Assembly: GCA_942493095.1 (NCBI GenBank)
Contig: OW818675.1
Coordinates: forward strand, 2,280,001-2,312,000
DNA length: 32,000 nt
Source of the DNA: Candidatus Electronema halotolerans
Lineage (GTDB): Bacteria > Desulfobacterota > Desulfobulbia > Desulfobulbales > Desulfobulbaceae
Direction: 5' to 3'
Part shown: piece after piece, positions 25,456 to 32,000 of the stretch
Position numbering within the stretch: the first letter of the stretch is position 1
How the letters are laid out: every line of letters starts with the position of its first letter
Position numbers and translations under genes: made by a program
The notes under the pieces: model-generated
The model's database searches: none
Told to the model about the DNA's origin: nothing
What the model saw: the letters and a program-made list of their open reading frames with translations, nothing else

Positions 25456-25520
25456 CCATTCAGCATGTATTGGGGAAACATGCTGAATGGTATCGGCAAT
25501 GCTGTTCAGCATGTTTTTTT
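25456..25520. terminator. Three-segment alternative hairpin, bidirectional terminator candidate
   Basis: Segment 1 is CCATTCAGCATGT (25456-25468), segment 2 is ACATGCTGAATGG (25478-25490) and segment 3 is TTCAGCATGT (25505-25514), followed by T7. Segment 2 can pair with segment 1 (13 bp) or segment 3 (10 bp). Confidence 0.45.
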
Positions 25521-26832
25521 ATTTGTTATGATGCCGGACAAGGAAGTGCATCCGCAGCCTGTGCAAGGGCGTGATCATAGGCGAGAAGAGCATCTTGAGG
25601 ATGCCGCTGCGCAGGGTCTCGTTTTTACGGAGCAAGTCCATCAGGTCAACAGGAAAATGTTTCAGGCGGTCTTGCAGGCTGGGTTCTTTGATGGCGACAT
25701 GGTAATCAGGGTTGGGCAGGCCGCGCCGCCGCCGTTTGGCCATCTGGATTTCCATCCGGCTTCGCTTGCCCCTGACCATTGCCACAGTCCGGGCCGAGAT
25801 TTTGTCAGCAGGCAGGGGATGAAGGACAATTGCTCCGGCCTGGGCCACTGCCTGCAAAATCTCCCGCCCTTTGGCAGTGCGCTGGAAGACTTGGGTGCAG
25901 TGTTCCAGTTTGCTGAATTCATCCGCATAATCAAAGGCCCAGAAATCTCCCAGGCTGATATCCGCCAGTTCTGAGGTGCCGTCCATGCAGAGGCGGCAGC
26001 GGTCCGGGCCAAAGAGCCGGAACATCACATTGACCACGGTGCCGTAGGCTGCACAGGGATGGAGCGGCACCCCGCTGCCGTCTTTCTTGCGGACAAACAT
26101 GCCGCCCGGCCAGCCGCCGCCCCGGAATTCAAAGCTGGCCACTTCCTCCCTGCGGATGCCCTTGGCTTGCAAGGCCTCCTGCCAAGCATCCCCGCTCATG
26201 GTGCAGGAGCAGCAGAGACCGATGATGACATGGATTTTGGCAAACAGCTTGGGATCAACAAGGGCCAGCTTCCGCAGCCCCTGCACTTGGCAGGGCAGAG
26301 CGACAACGGCAAATCGGCCCTTGCGGCGGCGAATCTCGCGCAAGGCGGCCAAGGAGGGCGTGAGGCAGTATTTGGACTGGGCCGCGCTGCGGATTGCGGC
26401 TGGGGAGTCAGCCAAGCTGCCTTTGGTCAGGTGCTGCCGTTCTGGATCAGCATCCACGACCAGCGCGCCGTCAATCTGGCCGACTGAAAGCAGAAAGAGG
26501 AGCAGGGCCGTGATCAGGCCGCCGCTGGCTCCTGCCCGGCGGGTCTGCTGATCTGCCGCATGAGCGACATAAGCGGACTTGACATGACCAATCAGGCCGC
26601 CCGTGTCGTTTCTGCCGGACAGCTCGCAGGCAAGATCGGGCAGATTGACATCTGCTCCGGGACAGCATTCGACGCAGAAGCCGCATGATGCGCAGCGTCC
26701 GCTCAGAATGGGAAGGTTGTGCTGATCAAAGGCAATGGCATCAGCAGGACAGACACCGGCGCAGATGCCGCAGCAGGTGCAGAGTCCCTGGCTGATGACC
26801 ATCTCATGGAGCAGGGCGAAGTTTGTTGGCAT
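25519..26832 (-). CDS. FrhB/FdhB-family (coenzyme F420 hydrogenase/dehydrogenase beta-like) protein with an N-terminal 2x[4Fe-4S] ferredoxin domain
   Basis: The 437-aa ORF has CTCCGICAGVCP and CASCGFCVECCP at the N-terminus. The family assignment of the remainder comes from recollection of this architecture next to pyruvyl transferases. Confidence 0.8.
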   Translation of the reverse strand: MPTNFALLHEMVISQGLCTCCGICAGVCPADAIAFDQHNLPILSGRCASCGFCVECCPGADVNLPDLACELSGRNDTGGLIGHVKSAYVAHAADQQTRRAGASGGLITALLLFLLSVGQIDGALVVDADPERQHLTKGSLADSPAAIRSAAQSKYCLTPSLAALREIRRRKGRFAVVALPCQVQGLRKLALVDPKLFAKIHVIIGLCCSCTMSGDAWQEALQAKGIRREEVASFEFRGGGWPGGMFVRKKDGSGVPLHPCAAYGTVVNVMFRLFGPDRCRLCMDGTSELADISLGDFWAFDYADEFSKLEHCTQVFQRTAKGREILQAVAQAGAIVLHPLPADKISARTVAMVRGKRSRMEIQMAKRRRRGLPNPDYHVAIKEPSLQDRLKHFPVDLMDLLRKNETLRSGILKMLFSPMITPLHRLRMHFLVRHHNK

Positions 26833-26893
26833 TCAGAAGTCACACGGCAAGGAATGATACGGGCTGGGATGCAAGCTGTCTGCGCGGAGCTGC

Positions 26894-27640
26894 TCAACTG
26901 TTGGCCTCGCGGCGGCTGATGATCTGAGCCGGCACTCCGGCGACAACGGCGAACGGCGGAACATCTTTTGTCACCACCGCATTGGCCCCGATCACTGCCC
27001 CGTCGCCGATTTGCACGCCGTCGTTGACCACAGCATGAGCACCGACCCAGACATCACAGCCAATGATGATGCCGCCCCGGTCAAGCAACGGCTGCTCGGC
27101 AATCGGTCTGCCGGGATCACTGAAGCTGTGCTGGATGCCGCCGACAAAGCAGTTGCCGCCAAAGAGGCAGTGCTCGCCCACTGTGAGCTGCGAGGCAGTG
27201 CCGAGATAACAGAACGCGCCCACGCTGACGCTGTCCGCCAAAGTGATGGTGCCGCCCCGCGCCCGCACTTGACTGTAGCGGCCAATCAGGACATTGCTGC
27301 CTAAGCGGATGCTCTGTTCGGCCTCGCCCCGGAAGCTGAGAAAGACATGCTCGTCCAGCATGACGTTGTCGCCAAGAAAGATGCGGTGCGGGCCGCGCAG
27401 GGAAAGATGCTGACCAAAGACCGGGTTTCTGCCTGTTGCACCGAACAGGGCTGGATAAAAAATCCGCCGCAGTCCCAGTCCCAGCAGGCCGGGCAGCGGG
27501 CCGAGCAGCAGCGTCAGCAGCTCATGGCGAAGAAGCGGGATCAGGCCGCGCTGGCCGATCACTGTGTCCTGATATTTTTGCAGAGCCGACTTGCGCTGAT
27601 CCTGCATCACCTCGCGGAAACGGTATTGCTGGCCGCTCAT
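26894..27640 (-). CDS. Hexapeptide-repeat (LbH) acetyltransferase
   Basis: The C-terminal half has a left-handed beta-helix pattern: IGCDVWVGAHAVVNDGVQIGDGAVIGANAVVTKDVPPFAVVAGVPA. Confidence 0.88.
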   Translation of the reverse strand: MSGQQYRFREVMQDQRKSALQKYQDTVIGQRGLIPLLRHELLTLLLGPLPGLLGLGLRRIFYPALFGATGRNPVFGQHLSLRGPHRIFLGDNVMLDEHVFLSFRGEAEQSIRLGSNVLIGRYSQVRARGGTITLADSVSVGAFCYLGTASQLTVGEHCLFGGNCFVGGIQHSFSDPGRPIAEQPLLDRGGIIIGCDVWVGAHAVVNDGVQIGDGAVIGANAVVTKDVPPFAVVAGVPAQIISRREANS

Positions 27641-28641
27641 GATGCCGCTCCGCCGCTGCTGGCCGCCCGCAGTCTGCTTAGATGGAGCAGGCCGCCCGCA
27701 AGGCCATAGAGAATGCTTTTCAGGCGCATGAGCAGGGCGGTTGAGACGGCCAAGGCCGCGCTGTAGCCGAACAGGGGAAAGAAAAAGGTGAAGGCCGCTT
27801 CCATCAGGCCAATGCCGCCAATGGACACGGGCAGATTCATGGCCAGCATGATCGCAGGCACGGCCAGCAGCATGGAATAAAAACTCACTTCCGGGAAAAA
27901 GGCAAGGGCTGTGACCCAGACATTGACCACGGCCATGAAATAAAAGAGGCAGGAAATGGCAAAGACTTGGGCCAGTACCAGCTTATTGTCCTTGTATTGC
28001 CGGACCGCGTCTTGGAGACGGCTGAGTTTGGCTAACAGGACGGCGGCAAGGCCGAAGCGGCTGCCGAGCAGTCGGGAGAGCAGTGGCAGGATGCGCTGAT
28101 CAAGGATCAGCCAGAAGATGCCGATATTCATCAGGGCCAGCAGGAGGACTCCGGCACTGAGAAGGGGCAGCTGGTAATCATGCGCCAGCACTGCTGCTGC
28201 CGCGACCAGCACCAGCGTGGCCATGCCGGACAGCCGCTCCACCAGCACTGAGGCCAAGGCTTCGTATTTTTCCCCGGAATGGCGGCTGAGTTCCCAGACC
28301 CGGACCACGTCGCCGCCCACTGCGCTGGGCAGGAACATATTGAAGAAGCGGCCTATGAAATAAAAGAGCAGCAGTCTGGCCATGCTGACTTCAATGCCCT
28401 TGCTGCGCAGCAGTATCTGCCATTTCCATGAACTGATCACGGTCAGCAGCACCCCGACCGCAAGCGAACAGGCGAGCCAGAAGCAATTGACCTGACTAAG
28501 CGTGTGCAGCAGGCTGGCCCGGCCTGCCGCGCTGTCCAAGCCGCTTTTCCAGACAACATAGGCCAGCAGCAGCACGCTGACCGCAATCTTGACGAAAAAA
28601 AAGCGGGATTTCTTTTCCCGCTGGCTTGATATGTTCTTCAT
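27637..28641 (-). CDS. UPF0104 / LPG-synthase-TM-type (flippase-like) integral membrane protein
   Basis: It has about 8 TM helices and an N-terminal basic stretch followed by VSVLLLAYVVWKSGLD. ATG at 28641 overlaps the upstream stop as ATGA; the track ORF starts at a GTG at 28653. Confidence 0.78.
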   Translation of the reverse strand: MKNISSQREKKSRFFFVKIAVSVLLLAYVVWKSGLDSAAGRASLLHTLSQVNCFWLACSLAVGVLLTVISSWKWQILLRSKGIEVSMARLLLFYFIGRFFNMFLPSAVGGDVVRVWELSRHSGEKYEALASVLVERLSGMATLVLVAAAAVLAHDYQLPLLSAGVLLLALMNIGIFWLILDQRILPLLSRLLGSRFGLAAVLLAKLSRLQDAVRQYKDNKLVLAQVFAISCLFYFMAVVNVWVTALAFFPEVSFYSMLLAVPAIMLAMNLPVSIGGIGLMEAAFTFFFPLFGYSAALAVSTALLMRLKSILYGLAGGLLHLSRLRAASSGGAAS

Positions 28642-29810
28642 CGCCGCAGGCACTGCTTGAGCAGGGCGGCAGTCGCACGGGCCTTGGCCTTTTCCGCAGG
28701 CACCAGCCGGGCCAGCTCCTCTCTCGTTGCAGCACGTTCATGCCACGCCTTGCTGATCATTGCTGCCAAGCTGTCCGCACTGAGATCAGCAAAGGGCAGC
28801 AGCCAGTCGCCTTGGCCGACTGTGCGGAGAAAACCTGCGCTTTTCGGATACGAGACAATGCCGATCATCGGCGTGTGCATGGCAGCGCAGAAAATCAGAC
28901 TGTGGGTGCGCAGGCCGGAATGCAGCTCCACCCGGCCCAGCAAGGCGGCGATTTCCTCATACGTATAATCAGCATTGGAGATAATCCGCACCCGCTCCTG
29001 CCGGGCTATCTTATCGACACACTGCTTGGTGATTTTAGTGTCCATCACTTGGGTGATGAAGAAGATCAAATCCACGTCCAGCTCGTCCATGACCCGGTCA
29101 GCAGCCCCGGCAATGGCGGCGCAGAAGCTCTCTCTGGTGAAGCTGCCCTTTTTGCTCCAGTTGTCAATGTAAGAATTGACGTTGAAGCCAATGGTTCCTT
29201 TGGGATTGCTGAACAGCCGCTCTTTGGCGATGATCTCCTCCATCCGCGCCTGCGGCGGCGGCGCAGTGTTCAAGGCGCAGTCAGCATGAACATGCAATTC
29301 CGGGCAAGGCAGGGCAAGCCGTTCCAGCAGCTCCTTGGTGTTTTGATCACGGATGACTGCCAGCTCTGTTGCCGCCAGGACCTTGGCCAAGGCTCTTTTG
29401 CCTGCGGGCCGGTCAATCGGCCCGACTGAGGCATTGTAGAGCACCAGCGGAATCCCCTTTTTTTTGCAGAAAGGCGCGAACAGGGCCACAGAAGAGAGAT
29501 AATTGAAGAGCGGATTATATAAGTTGCGGTCAAAGAGAATGTTGTCGCAAATCAGCACCGCATCAGCAGCAGTCATGGCCTTGCACAGTGGCCAGCCGAG
29601 ATTCTTGATGCAGCCGTTCCACGGCAGCAGGCCCATTGGCTTGACCTTGAACTGGCCGAAATGACGGCGGATGAAACCGGGATTGGTGGTTGGAACAAGG
29701 AATTCCGCCTGCGGCAGCTCTGCCGAGACATCGCGGAGGAGATTGCCAAGGATGGCGTTGTCTCCGGCATTGCGGCCCGAGTTGTTGCCGAGGATGGTGA
29801 TGGTGGTCAC
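28638..29810 (-). CDS. Polysaccharide pyruvyl transferase family protein
   Basis: The 390-aa ORF has an N-terminal ITILGNNSGRNAGDNAILGNLL, typical of the CsaB/WcaK-like family. Confidence 0.86.
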   Translation of the reverse strand: MTTITILGNNSGRNAGDNAILGNLLRDVSAELPQAEFLVPTTNPGFIRRHFGQFKVKPMGLLPWNGCIKNLGWPLCKAMTAADAVLICDNILFDRNLYNPLFNYLSSVALFAPFCKKKGIPLVLYNASVGPIDRPAGKRALAKVLAATELAVIRDQNTKELLERLALPCPELHVHADCALNTAPPPQARMEEIIAKERLFSNPKGTIGFNVNSYIDNWSKKGSFTRESFCAAIAGAADRVMDELDVDLIFFITQVMDTKITKQCVDKIARQERVRIISNADYTYEEIAALLGRVELHSGLRTHSLIFCAAMHTPMIGIVSYPKSAGFLRTVGQGDWLLPFADLSADSLAAMISKAWHERAATREELARLVPAEKAKARATAALLKQCLRR

Positions 29811-29834
29811 GTGTATGTTGGTTTCAGATTGTTG

Positions 29835-30833
29835 TCAGAGCCAGCCCTGCTGCTGATACCACTGCGCTGTTTCCGTGATGGTGCTTTCATTGCTGTGCCG
29901 GAAACGATAGTGCAGCAGCCGGTGCAGCTTGGCATTGCAGAATTGCCGGTCTTTGTCGTAAAAGGCGACCCGGCGGCGGTAGAGCGGCGGGCGGAGGCCC
30001 AAGGGTGCGCAGACTGCCTCGCAGCAATCAGCAGCCCAGTAAAAAGGCTGAATCGGCAGCCGGACAAGCACGGCTTTGCGGTGCAAGGCCGTGGCAATGA
30101 TCCGGCCCATTTCAATGATCGAGAGCGGCTGGTCATTGGCCGCGATCAGGGCCTCGCCCAAGGTCTGCTCCGCAGCAGCGGCTTGGAGAATGATTTCGGT
30201 CAGATCATCAACATGAATGAGCTGAATACGGCCTTTGCCCCTGCCCAGCATCAGAATCAGGCCCTTGTTGACCATGCGGAACATTTTCAGCATGCGTTCC
30301 TCGCCAGGACCGCAGATGGCGACTGGCCGAATGATGGAGCAGGGCAGGCCGCTGGCTTGCAGCCACTGCTCTGTCTCCAGCTTGGTGCGCTGATACCCGT
30401 CATTGGGACTGAAACGGTACTGCTCGTCCGCAGGTTCCTCGCCTGGAATATGGCCATGCACCCCGACCGTGGAGACATAGAGAAACCGTTTGAACGCAGG
30501 CTGTCCCTGCACAGCTGCGCCCATAAGCTGGGCCAGATGGAGATGAACCCGGCGGCAGCCCTCCTCTGTGGCCTCGCCCTCGCGGAAGGCGGTGGCTAAA
30601 TGAAAAATATACTCTGCTCCGGCAGCAGCCTGCCTGACAAGCTCAGGATCGGCAATATCGCCCCGGAACCAAGTGATGCCCAAGCCGTCCAGCTCGTCAG
30701 TTTTTGACGAAGGACGAACGATGGCGCTGATTTTCGCTCCGGCAGCAGCCAGCTTTTTGCTTAAAACCCTGCCAGTAAAGCCGGTGGCTCCGGTGATCAA
30801 AACCTTGGCATTCTGGAACTGCTCATGCGCCAT
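29835..30833 (-). CDS. NAD-dependent epimerase/dehydratase (SDR) family protein
   Basis: The N-terminal Rossmann motif is VLITGATGFTGRVL. The ORF is 332 aa. Confidence 0.9.
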   Translation of the reverse strand: MAHEQFQNAKVLITGATGFTGRVLSKKLAAAGAKISAIVRPSSKTDELDGLGITWFRGDIADPELVRQAAAGAEYIFHLATAFREGEATEEGCRRVHLHLAQLMGAAVQGQPAFKRFLYVSTVGVHGHIPGEEPADEQYRFSPNDGYQRTKLETEQWLQASGLPCSIIRPVAICGPGEERMLKMFRMVNKGLILMLGRGKGRIQLIHVDDLTEIILQAAAAEQTLGEALIAANDQPLSIIEMGRIIATALHRKAVLVRLPIQPFYWAADCCEAVCAPLGLRPPLYRRRVAFYDKDRQFCNAKLHRLLHYRFRHSNESTITETAQWYQQQGWL

Positions 30834-31025
30834 TTTTTCACATCTCCTGAGGAGGAAGGCTGCTGCTTGAAATTGGGGACATTATAGCGCAGCAGCCGGA
30901 GCAGTTCAAGGAAAGATGGGGACGGCCCGCCTTTGGCTGGACTGCCCCGCTTCAACTTGAACTCTGGCGCGCAATCGGGTATTACTTTGCCATCTGCATT
31001 CACCCCAGCCAAGGACTGCGCCCCT

Positions 31026-32000
31026 ATGAACCGGAACCGAATCGCCCTCAGCCTCTTTCTCACCGCTTTGACCACCCTGATGGCCGAACTGGCCTTGGTG
31101 CGGATTTTCGATGTGATCTGGTATGCCAACAAAGCCTACATGATCATCACGATGGTCATGTTCTGCTTCGGACTGGCCGGGGTGCAGCAGTCCCTCTGGC
31201 CCGTGCGGAAGGAGAAGCGGCTGAGGACTAAACTTGCAGGACTGGCCTTTTTTTTCGGCCTCTTCCTGCTCGTGCTGCTGCCTGCGGTCAACAGCCTGCC
31301 GCTCAATTTAGCCAACATTCAAGCCAGTTCCGGCAAGGACATTGCCGCCTTTGCCGCTCTGTATCTGCTTTTAGCCACGCCATTTTTTCTCTCCGGCCTG
31401 CTCTTCACCATTATTTTCTCGGCCTATTCTGAGGATATTCAGCGGCTCTACTTCTGGGACTTGGCCGGAGCCGCTGTCGGCTGCTTGGTGCTGATTCCTG
31501 TCCTGCCGTACATTGGCCCGGCAGGCGCGCTCTTTCTCGGCAGCGGTCTCTGCTGGATCACCGCCGGTCTGCTGGCTGAAGGCAGATTCTGGCAAAGGCT
31601 GCTGCCGCTGCTCGGCATTGCCGTTGCCGCAGTCCCGATGATCAAATCCTTCGCCGCTCCTGCCTATTCCCCGGACCGCTACTTTGAATTCCAGCATCAT
31701 GTCTCCAAGCGGGGCGTGCGGGAAAGCTATGCCAAGGAAACTGTGGAAATGAGCCAGTGGGATCCGATCAGCAAAATTGATGTGATCAATATCGGCAGGG
31801 CCAAGCACATTGCCTATGACGGCGGCACCCAGTCCAGCTTCATCTATCCCTTTGACGGCGACTTTGCCAAGCTGCGGGCCGCCCTGCCCAAGGCGACCAC
31901 AGCCAATTTCGGCGGCCAGAATGTCTATCTCAGCCACTGGCTGAAGCGGGATAGCAACGCTGAAGTGCTGATTATCGGCGCGGCTGGCGGTCAGGAAACC
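31026..32000 (+). CDS. Membrane-anchored spermidine-synthase-like (aminopropyl/methyltransferase fold) protein, 5' partial. It runs off the right edge.
   Basis: Own translation from ATG at 31026: MNRNRIALSLFLTALTTLMAELALVRIFDVIWY... It shows several TM helices and then ...NAEVLIIGAAGGQET, a GxGxG motif-I. It is absent from the ORF track because it has no stop in the window. Confidence 0.72.
   Translation, partial: MNRNRIALSLFLTALTTLMAELALVRIFDVIWYANKAYMIITMVMFCFGLAGVQQSLWPVRKEKRLRTKLAGLAFFFGLFLLVLLPAVNSLPLNLANIQASSGKDIAAFAALYLLLATPFFLSGLLFTIIFSAYSEDIQRLYFWDLAGAAVGCLVLIPVLPYIGPAGALFLGSGLCWITAGLLAEGRFWQRLLPLLGIAVAAVPMIKSFAAPAYSPDRYFEFQHHVSKRGVRESYAKETVEMSQWDPISKIDVINIGRAKHIAYDGGTQSSFIYPFDGDFAKLRAALPKATTANFGGQNVYLSHWLKRDSNAEVLIIGAAGGQET

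Noticed and set aside
25187-25512. Two overlapping minus-strand ORFs (90 and 73 aa) plus short plus-strand ORFs in the 334-nt gap
   Set aside because: None has a convincing SD, and the translations are low-complexity. The region is better explained by promoter, leader and terminator structure.

Overview
All calls come from reading the sequence and ORF translations by eye; no database search was run. This looks like a chromosomal segment from a dissimilatory sulfate reducer, probably Desulfobacterota or Desulfobulbales-like. That assignment is an inference from gene content and roughly 55-63% GC in spot counts.

Layout, mostly on the minus strand:
- 1-6.4 kb: the classic rpoB'-rplL-rplJ-rplA-rplK-nusG-secE-tRNA(Trp)-rpmG-tuf cluster. 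A four-tRNA operon (Thr-Tyr-Gly-Thr) with a near-consensus sigma70 promoter sits ahead of tuf.
- 6.4-15.5 kb: the core sulfate-respiration genes aprB-aprA and qmoA-qmoB-qmoC. They are split by a ~1.6 kb, strikingly AT-rich islet holding three small membrane-protein genes of unknown function.
- 15.7-19.9 kb: housekeeping genes mog, tatC, yjgA, coaBC, a poly-Q lipoprotein and a nitroreductase.
- 20.1-24.5 kb (plus strand): a three-gene locus of a single-pass membrane protein, a 275-aa protein with no P-loop, and a 41-residue-repeat TPR protein. A 1601-bp IS66-family element with a perfect 8-bp target duplication has cleanly split the middle gene.
- 24.5-32 kb: a secreted protein, a glycan-modification cluster (FrhB-like Fe-S protein, hexapeptide acetyltransferase, UPF0104 membrane protein, pyruvyl transferase, epimerase) and a membrane spermidine-synthase-like gene running off the edge.

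The two best candidates for an undescribed system are the AT-rich membrane islet inside apr-qmo and the IS-disrupted membrane/STAND-like/TPR locus.
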